Position numbers and translations under genes: made by a program. Positions 19,695 through 29,177 of a stretch of DNA of 64,000 nucleotides are shown piece after piece. The notes under the pieces are model-generated. The model saw only the letters and a list, made by a program, of their open reading frames with translations, was not told where the DNA came from and did not search any database. Each line of letters begins with the position of its first letter. Position 1 is the stretch's first letter. This DNA comes from a virus: IMG/VR virus record IMGVR_UViG_3300023174_000058, positions 98,188-162,187 of that record. One strand, written 5' to 3'.

Positions 19695-21689
19695 ATGGCT
19701 AATCCATTAAAAATTTTAACACAGTTATCAGCAAGTGAAGCTGCTGAATTTATGAAAGAAGTTAAATTCAATGAAAAAATTACACTAGCTAACAAGAAAA
19801 TCGTTGGCCTAGCAGAAGGTACAGTAAACGGTGATGCAGTTCGTTATGAACAATTATCATCAGAGGCTTCATTACGCGTCTCAGGCGATTCATCACTAGC
19901 TTCACGCCTATCTGTTGAAGAATCAAACCGTGAAGTAGCAGTTAGCTTAGAAACATCAAACCGTATTTCTGCTGATAATTCGCTCTCATCACGTATTTCA
20001 TTAGAAGAATCAAATCGCGCTTCAGCTGATAGCTCAGTAAGTACTTCATTAACAAACCGTATTTCATCTGAAGAATCAACTCGTGCATCAGGCGATGTTT
20101 CACTAACAAATCGCGTTTCATTAGAAGAATCAACAAGAATATCCTTAGATGTTTCATTAACAAATCGTGTTTCATTAGAAGAGTCAACTCGTGCAGCTGC
20201 AGTTAGCGTTGAACAATCAGTCCGTGCATCAGCAGATATTTCATTAACTACTCGTTTATCAACAGAAGAAAGCAATTCACTTTCAGTTGATATAAGCCTC
20301 TCTAATCGTATATCAACCGAAGAATCAACACGTGCTTCAGCTGATGGTTCAATCGCAGTTGCTTTTGCTGCAGCTGATACGTCATTAACAACACGTCTTG
20401 GTAACGAAGAATCAACTCGTGCATCAGGCGATCTTTCCTTAACAAACCGTATTTCAACCGAAGAATCAGCTCGCGCAGCTGCAATTATTGCAGCAAATTC
20501 TTCTATTGATACTCGCGTTTCAAACGAAGAATCAGCCCGTGCGGAAGGAGATGTTTCATTAACAAATCGTATATCAACCGAAGAATCAACACGCGCTTCA
20601 GCTGATGGTTCATTAACAAATCGTGTTTCATTAGAAGAATCAACAAGAATATCCTTAGATGTTTCATTAACAAATCGTGTTTCATTAGAAGAGTCAACTC
20701 GTGCCTCATCTGATGTCTCATTAGCAACACGTCTTGGAAATGAAGAAACAGCAAGAGGAAGTGCTGATACCTCGTTAACAACCCGCGTTTCATTAGAAGA
20801 ATCAGTTCGCGCTTCAGCTGACGCAAGCATCGTAGTAGCACTATCAACCGAAGCACAAGCACGTATTGCGGAAGATCTACTCTTCCTCAAGCTTGATGGT
20901 TCACGCGCAATGACCGGCGATCTTAATATGGGTACAAAGAGCATTACAAATGCTAAGAGCGGTTCATTCTCGGGTGATGTTACAATTGCTGGTCAATTAA
21001 AGGTTCAAGGTTCATTAACTTACCTAGATACACAAAATCTAAAAGTTAAAGATAACCTAATTGAACTTAACGTTCCAGAAACTGGCGCAACAAGCAATGC
21101 AAATGCTGGTATCGTAATCAAGGGTAGCACCGCAAACAAAGACGTAAGCATGATCGTTGATACAGACGGCGGCAACCTTGTTGTTAACACCAAAGTCTCA
21201 GCTTCAGCGTTTGATGCAGCTGGTGCTGTTGATGTTGGCGGTGCATTAACAGTAGATGGACAAGCAACAATTAGCTCAGATCTATTTATCTCAGGTGCTT
21301 CATACGGCGCAGCGGATACAATGATTGGTTACTCTGGCGGAGTATACAACGTTGAGAGCATGCTACGCGTATTGTTCAACAGAGGCAACACAAGCGTTGA
21401 TGGTTATTCAAAACTACGCCACGTTGCAGAACCAAGCCTTGTTGGTGGTACACTCACCTACGCTCTACCAGAAACAGCAATGTTTGCTGATAGCCAACTT
21501 GGTAAGGTTATGGTTGACGTTCTAGTAGCTTCAGGCGGCGGTTGGAGCAACGATCTAATCGCAGTCAAACTAGAAGATAAGGGCAACGGCTATCTACAAA
21601 TTGTTATCGACGCTCCAGCCCACAACAACGGTAAAGTACGTATTATCGCTGTTAACGAAGGCATGGACCTAGAGACAGCTGGTCAATAA
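19695..21689 (+). CDS. Long coiled-coil fibre protein with 18-aa EESTRASAD.SL..R repeats
   Basis: 664 aa; repeats over about aa 55-390, then LKLDGSRAMTGDLNMG and LKVKDNLIELN fibre motifs; SD GGAGG; terminator downstream. Confidence 0.7.
   Translation: MANPLKILTQLSASEAAEFMKEVKFNEKITLANKKIVGLAEGTVNGDAVRYEQLSSEASLRVSGDSSLASRLSVEESNREVAVSLETSNRISADNSLSSRISLEESNRASADSSVSTSLTNRISSEESTRASGDVSLTNRVSLEESTRISLDVSLTNRVSLEESTRAAAVSVEQSVRASADISLTTRLSTEESNSLSVDISLSNRISTEESTRASADGSIAVAFAAADTSLTTRLGNEESTRASGDLSLTNRISTEESARAAAIIAANSSIDTRVSNEESARAEGDVSLTNRISTEESTRASADGSLTNRVSLEESTRISLDVSLTNRVSLEESTRASSDVSLATRLGNEETARGSADTSLTTRVSLEESVRASADASIVVALSTEAQARIAEDLLFLKLDGSRAMTGDLNMGTKSITNAKSGSFSGDVTIAGQLKVQGSLTYLDTQNLKVKDNLIELNVPETGATSNANAGIVIKGSTANKDVSMIVDTDGGNLVVNTKVSASAFDAAGAVDVGGALTVDGQATISSDLFISGASYGAADTMIGYSGGVYNVESMLRVLFNRGNTSVDGYSKLRHVAEPSLVGGTLTYALPETAMFADSQLGKVMVDVLVASGGGWSNDLIAVKLEDKGNGYLQIVIDAPAHNNGKVRIIAVNEGMDLETAGQ
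19855..20880 (+). repeat. Coding tandem repeat (mostly 54-nt unit) including an exact 80-nt duplication at 20115-20194 and 20625-20704
   Basis: Recurrent GTTTCATTAGAAGAATCAAC units; the two 80-nt blocks are identical and 510 nt apart. Confidence 0.85.
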
Positions 21690-21714
21690 TTAAAACTAAA
21701 ATAATTTAGTTTGG

Positions 21715-21743
21715 GGAGCGGAGAGAAATCTCCGCTCCTTTTT
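21715..21743 (+). terminator. Rho-independent terminator
   Basis: GGAGCGGAGA-GAAA-TCTCCGCTCC followed by TTTTT. Confidence 0.9.
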
Positions 21744-21761
21744 ATTTATCTTGTAAAACAT

Positions 21762-21771
21762 ACTATTTATT
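21762..21771 (+). promoter_or_regulatory. Putative phage late promoter (ACTATTTATT)
   Basis: Recurrent motif just after a terminator and upstream of the GT-like genes. Confidence 0.65.
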
Positions 21772-21790
21772 TTAGTTAAAGGAGCCGAAA

Positions 21791-22921
21791 ATGAAAAAAA
21801 TAAATATTGGTATCTCTGTTTTAATTAACAAACCAACAGAATCTTTCTTTACAAATGGTATAAGACAAAATGCGATCATAATGAAAGACCTTTATGAGAA
21901 AATAGATTTTGTTAATAAAGCTTATTATATAAATTTTGGAAAACAAAAAGATTATTCACAATCACCTTGGAAACAATATGAACGAAACATTATACAATTT
22001 GAAGAAATGTTTGATAAAATAGATGTTTTAGTCGTTTCTTGCGTAACGATTTCAAAAGAAATTGCTGATGCGGCAAAGAAAAAAGGCATTAAGCTTATAC
22101 ATCACATAATGGGAAATGAATATTACTCATACGTTGAAAGCGTTTTATTTAAAAAAGAAGAAAGCACTATACTAGCAAAAGAAGATTGGTATGACTCAGT
22201 ATGGATTTCTCCACACTTATATGAAATAAATAAAGATTTATTTGAAGCAATTTATGAATGTGATGCAAATGTTGGTGCATATGTGTGGTCACCACAATTT
22301 TTATTGGAACATGTGAATGCTTTATACGATACAAAAAAAATTAAAGAAAAAATCTATATTCCAAGCGATAAAAAACAAAAAAGAATTAATGTTTTTGAGC
22401 CAAATTTAAGTTTTATGAAAAATTCTATATTTCCGATTTTAATAGGTGAAAAACTAGAACTAAAACACCCAGAAATTTTTGATAGTTTAAATTTGTTTGG
22501 ATCAGACACAATAAAAGAAAAAAAACAATTAATAGATCTTGTAAAAACTTTAAAAATACAAAAAAATAAAAAAATCTTTTTTGAAGACAGATATCCTATT
22601 GCTTGGTCACTTTTTAATCATACGGACATTGTTTTATCTCATACGCATTATTGCGACTTAAATTATGTTTATTTTGATGCTGCTTGGCTTGGTTTTCCAT
22701 TAGTACACAATTCAAAGTTTATAAAAAAGCTCGGCTGGTATTATGAAAATTTTGATGCAGATGGAGCGATTAAGCAAATTAATAAAATAGCTAACACGTT
22801 TGACAAATTGCAGGTTAGAGAAAAATATCTAAAAGATTCGCAAAAGTTTATTTCTGATTATTTTCCAACACACGTCAAGAACGTTGAAGCATATAAAAAA
22901 TTATTAGAAAAACTATTTTAA
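21791..22921 (+). CDS. DUF2827-like protein (putative glycosyltransferase), paralog 1
   Basis: IGIS..FTNGIRQN, W.SPH, YVWSP.F, FEPN, LNYVYFDAAWLGFPLVHNS motifs. Confidence 0.6.
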   Translation: MKKINIGISVLINKPTESFFTNGIRQNAIIMKDLYEKIDFVNKAYYINFGKQKDYSQSPWKQYERNIIQFEEMFDKIDVLVVSCVTISKEIADAAKKKGIKLIHHIMGNEYYSYVESVLFKKEESTILAKEDWYDSVWISPHLYEINKDLFEAIYECDANVGAYVWSPQFLLEHVNALYDTKKIKEKIYIPSDKKQKRINVFEPNLSFMKNSIFPILIGEKLELKHPEIFDSLNLFGSDTIKEKKQLIDLVKTLKIQKNKKIFFEDRYPIAWSLFNHTDIVLSHTHYCDLNYVYFDAAWLGFPLVHNSKFIKKLGWYYENFDADGAIKQINKIANTFDKLQVREKYLKDSQKFISDYFPTHVKNVEAYKKLLEKLF

Positions 22922-22930
22922 AGGTTGATT

Positions 22931-24067
22931 ATGAAAAAAATAAATATTGGTATAACTTTATCTATAGATCCAACTGAATCTTTGTTTACTAATGGTATAC
23001 GACAAAACATTCTTATTCTTAGAGAATTATATGAAAAATGCGAAGGTGTAGAAAAATCTTACATTATTAATACATCTGGAAAAAGCATCCCAGACGATCC
23101 AAAATTGCCACTTTATCCTTTTAGAGATGTCATAATAGATATCAAAGATGTAGTTAAATATTGTAATTTTGTTGTTGTTGCCCACGGTTCTTTGTTGCCA
23201 GCAGAGTATCAAGAATTGTCAAAAGCAGGAATAAAAATAACTAAACTTATTCTCGGACCATCAGTTAGTATTTTTAACGAAGGAATACTTTTTAAAGGCA
23301 ATGATCAGCAACAAGGTAATTTTTATAGAAATAAAGGTAATGTTAGTAAAGTTTGGATGTCAAAACATTACTTTAAAGATAGATATTTTTTTGAAACAAT
23401 CTATGGATGTGAAGCAAAAATTGCACCATATGTTTGGGATCCACGATTTATAGAAAAAAGCTGTTCAGATTTCCAAAATAACAATAAAAAAATAGCAGAA
23501 TATATTCCAAGCGGTTTAAAAGAAAAAAGAATTGTTAATTTTGAGCCAAATTTAAATATGGTTAAGACTTCTACGCAATCTGTTGTAACTTTAGAAAGAT
23601 TTTATCGGCAACACCCAGAATATGTAGGAGATTGCTATTTTTTTAATACAGGCGTTATTAAGCAAAAAAAGGATTTTATTGATTTTGTAAAAGATTTAGA
23701 TATTTACGTTTCAAAAAAACTTTCTTTTGAGGGCGGGATTGCGATAGTAAATGCTTTAGGTAATTATGGAGATGTAGTTTTAGCTAGTCAAAATCAAAAT
23801 GAGCTAAATTATCTTTATTTAGATGCTGCTTGGATGGGATATCCAGTTCTACACAATTCAAGCATGATGAAAGAAATAGGATTTTATTATAAAGATAATG
23901 ATGCTCAACAAGCTTCAAAAATATTATATAATATATGCAAAAATTTTGATAAAAATTACAAAAAATATAAACAAGAATCAAGAGAAAAATGTAAAAAGTA
24001 TATGATTACAAACGAACAACATATAAAAAATTATACAAAACTTATACATGAAGTAATGGATTCTTAA
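22931..24067 (+). CDS. DUF2827-like protein (putative glycosyltransferase), paralog 2
   Basis: Same motifs: FTNGIRQN, YVWDP.F, FEPN, LNYLYLDAAWMGYPVLHNS; ATG at 22931 gives MKKINIGI, identical to the paralog start. Confidence 0.6.
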   Translation: MKKINIGITLSIDPTESLFTNGIRQNILILRELYEKCEGVEKSYIINTSGKSIPDDPKLPLYPFRDVIIDIKDVVKYCNFVVVAHGSLLPAEYQELSKAGIKITKLILGPSVSIFNEGILFKGNDQQQGNFYRNKGNVSKVWMSKHYFKDRYFFETIYGCEAKIAPYVWDPRFIEKSCSDFQNNNKKIAEYIPSGLKEKRIVNFEPNLNMVKTSTQSVVTLERFYRQHPEYVGDCYFFNTGVIKQKKDFIDFVKDLDIYVSKKLSFEGGIAIVNALGNYGDVVLASQNQNELNYLYLDAAWMGYPVLHNSSMMKEIGFYYKDNDAQQASKILYNICKNFDKNYKKYKQESREKCKKYMITNEQHIKNYTKLIHEVMDS

Positions 24068-24068
24068 A

Positions 24069-24278
24069 ATGAAGAAAAAAATTACATATTTAGTAAAATA
24101 TATGGATGATGTTATCAAAGAAGTATTAACGCATACAAAAGATATAAAAACTCAAGCAGAATTATTAAAAAATAGGCAAATGTTAGATGAAGCAATAAAA
24201 AAATTAGAAAAAAAATATGACAATATTATAAAAGACATACAAAACGATATAGAGGAAGAGCAAACGGATGAAAAATAG
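24069..24278 (+). CDS. Small hypothetical coiled-coil protein
   Basis: 69-aa K/E-rich ORF coupled to the GT-like gene. Confidence 0.45.
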   Translation: MKKKITYLVKYMDDVIKEVLTHTKDIKTQAELLKNRQMLDEAIKKLEKKYDNIIKDIQNDIEEEQTDEK

Positions 24279-24519
24279 TTTTAATTTTTTACAATTTACT
24301 AATTGGTTATTAATTTGTAGAGAAAATATTGGAAAAATAAAACAAGAAATTTTAGACGAAAAAATTACAAAGCAACAAGCAATTGAAAAATTATTAGCGG
24401 AAAAAAAAAGAATATCAATCTTAAAAGATGTTTTAGATAAAAAAGTCCGACTATTTGGTATTCAATCGCATTTTTTAAAGAATTTAAATGAGTTAAAAAA
24501 AAGATATGGAGTTGAATAG
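24268..24519 (+). CDS. Small hypothetical protein
   Basis: 83-aa ORF overlapping the previous gene, SD GAGG upstream. Confidence 0.45.
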   Translation: MKNSFNFLQFTNWLLICRENIGKIKQEILDEKITKQQAIEKLLAEKKRISILKDVLDKKVRLFGIQSHFLKNLNELKKRYGVE

Positions 24520-24522
24520 CAA

Positions 24523-24532
24523 ACTATTTATT
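24523..24532 (+). promoter_or_regulatory. Putative phage late promoter (ACTATTTATT)
   Basis: Recurrent motif. Confidence 0.65.
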
Positions 24533-24552
24533 ATTAATTTGAGGATTGATAA

Positions 24553-26661
24553 ATGTCCACTGGCAATAGAAAACCGGTAAAAGTTTTGACCGATCTGCTT
24601 ACAAAAAAGCAGATCCTAAAAGAAGATTCTGACGGTAATATTCTTTTTAAAGTTTCTGGATCTCAAAATAATGGTATAATTAGTGCTTCTTTGCCAATAA
24701 CAGGTACTGATGCTTATTTTAATAATGATGTAACGATCGATGGAGTTTTACGAGCAAGTCAAATAGAAGTTACAACATTAATTAATTCGTTAAATTATGA
24801 AACTTCCATATCCGCTTCTATTAATGCGCTTTTAGACGTTTCAGCCTCTACGGCAGAAGTGGATCAATTTTTAAAATGGGATGGCTCACAATGGGTTCCC
24901 GGTAATGTTAATAATGGCTCAATAGGAGCAGCTGAGGATGGCGATTATACTGACGGTTTATTTACTGACTTTAATGATACCACGCCAGTTGGGACAGCTA
25001 TTGATAGAATAAATGAGGTTTTAAAAGGTCTAGCCCCCAAAGTTGCTCCCGATCTCACAAATTTAGAAAAAACATCCGGCGCAACTGGAACTAATATGCG
25101 TTTAGCTTTTGGTTCTTCATATTCGGTTGCAGGTTATACGAATGTCACTGCTTCAATTGGTGCAATATTATTAAATAAAGATTTTACGGAATCATTTACA
25201 ACTATTAATGGAAACGGCGGATATCCTATAAGACTAGGCGCGTATGCTACGCCTGTTGTCTTAACAATGTCGCTAAATAATAGTGTAGTATCAGACGCAG
25301 GAGCTTTTACAAATTATCCGGCTAAGTCTTTTAATGTTTCGCAAAATGGTATCGGAAATTATATTTTAGAAGTTAATGGCGTACAAATAAATCCAACTGG
25401 TTCTACAAATAATACAAGTTTAGCAAATACAGAAACTTTTGCATTATCATTGGCTAATACTGCTTCTTTTATAGGATCCGGTCAAGGATTTGATTTATTT
25501 AGGCATAGAACTGGAACTGTAGGAATTCCTACGTCCCTATGGCAAAATGGTCATAACTATGTAAAAGTCATTCATAGCTCTTCTCTTGGAACACACGTTA
25601 CCAACTATATAGATTGGGTTTATGATCCTTCGGCAGCATCTGGAGTTGATTCTTATAGTTTTACCACGCCAATTTCAGCTTCTTTTACGGCAACTGGAAC
25701 AAAACATCTATCTGGTATAAAATATTACACAAATATATCTTATAACTTTGCTACAACTGTTAGCAATTTCTTTAAAAATATATACCCAATTGCTGGTGGT
25801 TTAACTTTCAGTGGTTTAACATCAGGTTTAACTGTTAACAGCGTTACGATCCCAACTCCTACAACAAATCTTGATGATATCAATGTGAGTGTTGGACATA
25901 CATTTAATGGTGCATATAGGTTATTAGGTAGTTCGCTTGTGTCAACATTAAATTCTGCGAATGGTCTTGGAAAAGCTGGCTCTACTACATTAACAACCAA
26001 TACTATTCTTTATGACAACGTAAATACGGCAAATACGACAACAGCGGAAAATTTCTGCTTAGAAAATTATCGCGGTGAATCAGGTAGCTATGATACGCAA
26101 ACAGCAGCTTTAAATGCAATTGGGGCTTTCCCAAGCGGTTCTTCTTTAGGATCTAACGAATTGGCTGTTTATAATGATTCATTAAGATATCCAACCCAAA
26201 TCTTAAACGGTGGTAACGTTAGTGGATCCGGTATTGTCCATATGATTTCAGGGCAGCCAAACTATTCTTCAGCATCCGGTAATAGAACATATCATCGTAT
26301 CTTCCGCAATGGCTCAAGCTCTATAGCTGTATTTAATTTAGCAATTAATGGCGGAAGCGGTATTAATGTTGTACCTTTTGGCACAGCTTTAAACTCAAAC
26401 AACGTTCATGTATGGATCAAAATACCCGGAAAAACAGGCTGGCGTGATATAGCTACTGGTACCCCCGCCCCCGGCTATAGTGCCTTGGATAATAATTTAG
26501 GTGCTTTACAGGGTTCAAAAGTAACAACATCTACTTCTTCAACTCATACTATCAATTTATTAACCGAGGCGCTTGCTGTAAATGAATATTTTGTTTTAAG
26601 AATTGAAGCATCGGACGCTTGGACTAATAACATTGGTTCAATAACAATAACAGGATTGTAA
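24553..26661 (+). CDS. Virion fibre/appendage protein
   Basis: 702 aa, S/T/G/N rich; L.DV..QFLKWDGSQWVP fibre motif; own promoter motif and SD. Confidence 0.55.
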   Translation: MSTGNRKPVKVLTDLLTKKQILKEDSDGNILFKVSGSQNNGIISASLPITGTDAYFNNDVTIDGVLRASQIEVTTLINSLNYETSISASINALLDVSASTAEVDQFLKWDGSQWVPGNVNNGSIGAAEDGDYTDGLFTDFNDTTPVGTAIDRINEVLKGLAPKVAPDLTNLEKTSGATGTNMRLAFGSSYSVAGYTNVTASIGAILLNKDFTESFTTINGNGGYPIRLGAYATPVVLTMSLNNSVVSDAGAFTNYPAKSFNVSQNGIGNYILEVNGVQINPTGSTNNTSLANTETFALSLANTASFIGSGQGFDLFRHRTGTVGIPTSLWQNGHNYVKVIHSSSLGTHVTNYIDWVYDPSAASGVDSYSFTTPISASFTATGTKHLSGIKYYTNISYNFATTVSNFFKNIYPIAGGLTFSGLTSGLTVNSVTIPTPTTNLDDINVSVGHTFNGAYRLLGSSLVSTLNSANGLGKAGSTTLTTNTILYDNVNTANTTTAENFCLENYRGESGSYDTQTAALNAIGAFPSGSSLGSNELAVYNDSLRYPTQILNGGNVSGSGIVHMISGQPNYSSASGNRTYHRIFRNGSSSIAVFNLAINGGSGINVVPFGTALNSNNVHVWIKIPGKTGWRDIATGTPAPGYSALDNNLGALQGSKVTTSTSSTHTINLLTEALAVNEYFVLRIEASDAWTNNIGSITITGL

Positions 26662-26664
26662 TCA

Positions 26665-28092
26665 ATGGCTTTAACAGAAAAAAATCAGTTATTAATAGCA
26701 TTTAAAAAACTTTACGGTAAAAGTCACACAAGCGCTAAATTTGGCGTTTTCAATGAAAGTATTGGTTCATCCGTTCAATTAGGCGCTAGTACAATATTTG
26801 GTAGCGTAATACCAAGCAGCCCAAGTGGTTCGCTGTATAGTATTACGCAAAATATTGTAGAAAAAATTAAATTTGATCTCGTACCTATTTCGCTATCAAC
26901 TTACGCCAGTACATTAGGCTCTTTAGCTGGTACTACAATAGATGATGAAGGCGATACAGCGGTAAATGGTGTACATGCCTATCGTTTAGTTTTACCTTCT
27001 GATTATGTAATTAACTCTTCCAATCCAAAGAAGGGCACTGGGTATTTTATAAATTCTGCTACAGCATCAGTATCTAATGGTGCCTTGCAGTTGGTTCCAC
27101 CATCTTTTGGTGACTTGTATACAGCAGAAATTAGTAGTTCTTCTGGTATTATTGGCGGTCTTGATGACGAAGATTATTATCTAGACTATTATTCCGGTAT
27201 TTTATTTATACAAGATATTGGTAGAACTCCAACTGCCGTTACTGCTTATGCATATGTTGGCGACTTTGTTAGTGATATTATTTCGGATGTAGCAACTGAT
27301 GTAATAACAGAAGTTATTGCTGGAACAAATTTAACTGGTGGCGGCACAAGCGGTTCTGTAACTGTAAGCTTAGAGGATAATATTTCTCTAACATCTGTAA
27401 CGGCATCTTTATACGGTACTGCTTCTTGGGCTACTACATCAAGTTATGCATTAAATGCTGCTACTGCAAGTTATGTTACTGCTTCTAATATTGATAATTT
27501 TACTTCTGATGTTAGAAGTCAATTTAGTGCTGGCACAAATATAAGCATAACTAGTGGCACTATATCAACAATTAATGTTCCCACTGTAACACAAGTAAGT
27601 GGAGCTATTTCAAATTTTGCAACAAGAGCAGAAGTTACTGGTGCGCTTTCTCCATACGCTCTTTCAATAGATGTATCATCTTCGTTCACAACACCAGCAC
27701 AAGTAACGGGAGCTTTTTCTGTTGTAACTGCAAAAAATGCAGAAACTGCAAGTTATGCATTAAATACAACATTTTCTACTACTAATATACAAAATGCTTA
27801 TAACCGATTAAGATACAAAGAAGTAGGTTTTTTTGATCACACTGGTAGCGCTACAGTGCAGCTTCCAACTTCTTCTTTGGGAGGCGCAGCTTTTCCTGTT
27901 ACTTCATTAGATTATATAAATGTAAATGTTAGCGTGCTTGATGATGGTACGTGGGTTAATGATATTTTTGCTGTATCTGTATACACTGCTTCAAATCATG
28001 TTTATGTAGATTTATGGGCCCCAGATCTTCACGAAACAGATAAATACAAATTATTGGCAATCAATCAAGATCCAAGTTTATTTATAATTTAA
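26665..28092 (+). CDS. Virion fibre protein with shared C-terminal domain
   Basis: 475 aa; VIAGTNLTGGGTSGSVT and TASYA fibre repeats; C-terminal domain shared with the 19695, 28219 and 30713 ORFs. Confidence 0.55.
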   Translation: MALTEKNQLLIAFKKLYGKSHTSAKFGVFNESIGSSVQLGASTIFGSVIPSSPSGSLYSITQNIVEKIKFDLVPISLSTYASTLGSLAGTTIDDEGDTAVNGVHAYRLVLPSDYVINSSNPKKGTGYFINSATASVSNGALQLVPPSFGDLYTAEISSSSGIIGGLDDEDYYLDYYSGILFIQDIGRTPTAVTAYAYVGDFVSDIISDVATDVITEVIAGTNLTGGGTSGSVTVSLEDNISLTSVTASLYGTASWATTSSYALNAATASYVTASNIDNFTSDVRSQFSAGTNISITSGTISTINVPTVTQVSGAISNFATRAEVTGALSPYALSIDVSSSFTTPAQVTGAFSVVTAKNAETASYALNTTFSTTNIQNAYNRLRYKEVGFFDHTGSATVQLPTSSLGGAAFPVTSLDYINVNVSVLDDGTWVNDIFAVSVYTASNHVYVDLWAPDLHETDKYKLLAINQDPSLFII

Positions 28093-28218
28093 AAAATTTA
28101 ATTAATTCCTTTAAAACGATTTGTTATAATCGTTAATAATATTTTATTTCTAAAAACCATTTATTAAATTAAAAACTAATTAATTAGATAATTTGGACTA
28201 TTTTATAGGAATTAATGT

Positions 28219-29163
28219 TTGATGGAATATCAACCAGTTAGAGTTTTAGCTGATTTAGAAGCCTTACAAGACGTTGTTGTTAGTGGTTCGCTTATAATCA
28301 CTACCGATACTGCCTTTAGCGCATCTGCTATAGCAACTGGTGCGGTTGGCGAGTATTCTGTTGACGAGGCATTTCACACCCTTGATCAATCAGTATATCA
28401 AACAAATGCAAATATTGCTAATGCTATTGCTGGTGTTGTTACTGCTTATAACAACAACAGATATATTTTCAGTGGGTCATTAGATTCCAGCGGATCTGCC
28501 GTTTTAAATTTAACCACTAGTATTATTTCTGGCAGCGAAAACTTTTCTTCAACTGAATTAGCAAAAGTTACTGTTAATTTATTAATTGATACCAACGGCG
28601 ATGGTAGATATCGCAATGATTTAACTTCTTACGAAATTTATACTTCTGGTAGCGAATTATTAGTTAGTATTGATGCCCCTGCTTCTCCAAATAATAATTA
28701 CCGTTTAATTGTTTCTAATGAAAAACCATTAAATCCTATCTCTGGTAGCAATGGAATCCTTATAATAGCTGGCCCACAGGGAGTAGCTGGCCCGTCTGGT
28801 TCTACTGGTGCGGAGGGGAGATCTCATATAAACGTTGCGTCTCTTTTGTCAACAACCAATTCAATTGAAACAGTTGCGTCTAATTTCTCACTAAGCCCAG
28901 CAAAAGCACCTAATGGTTTTTACATTGACGTGACTGGTTTTACACAGGACAGCTCTTTTCCCTTGGTTGTAAAATTATATAATCTAACAACCGATTCGCT
29001 TCTTGATTCAGATTTAATAAATACTTTGTCTCCACAAACAGTTCGCTTGAACGGAGCAATCCCATCTGTTTCTAATACTCAATTTGAATTAAGATATTAC
29101 TCTTCTGGCTCTTCCAGCAACTATGTATATTTACAAACAGCAATAGTGGAAATTACAAATTAA
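28219..29163 (+). CDS. Virion fibre protein with shared N-terminal domain and short collagen-like stretch
   Basis: GPQGVAGPSGSTGAEG Gly-X-Y repeat; N-terminal half aligns with the 30713 ORF. Confidence 0.55.
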   Translation: MMEYQPVRVLADLEALQDVVVSGSLIITTDTAFSASAIATGAVGEYSVDEAFHTLDQSVYQTNANIANAIAGVVTAYNNNRYIFSGSLDSSGSAVLNLTTSIISGSENFSSTELAKVTVNLLIDTNGDGRYRNDLTSYEIYTSGSELLVSIDAPASPNNNYRLIVSNEKPLNPISGSNGILIIAGPQGVAGPSGSTGAEGRSHINVASLLSTTNSIETVASNFSLSPAKAPNGFYIDVTGFTQDSSFPLVVKLYNLTTDSLLDSDLINTLSPQTVRLNGAIPSVSNTQFELRYYSSGSSSNYVYLQTAIVEITN

Positions 29164-29177
29164 TTGGAGAAATAAAT

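Noticed and set aside
19855-20880. Possible CRISPR array
   Set aside because: Repeats are in-frame, degenerate at synonymous positions and lack unique spacers; no cas genes are present.
19844-20944. 366-aa minus-strand ORF and other short ORFs over the repeat region
   Set aside because: Antisense shadows of the repetitive + strand fibre gene; no SD or promoter noticed, and the sequence mirrors the repeat.
28093-28218. AT-rich palindromes (AACGATT..AATCGTT; CTAATTAATTAG) as an origin or operator
   Set aside because: Short and AT-rich enough to arise by chance; the second coincides with the promoter motif.
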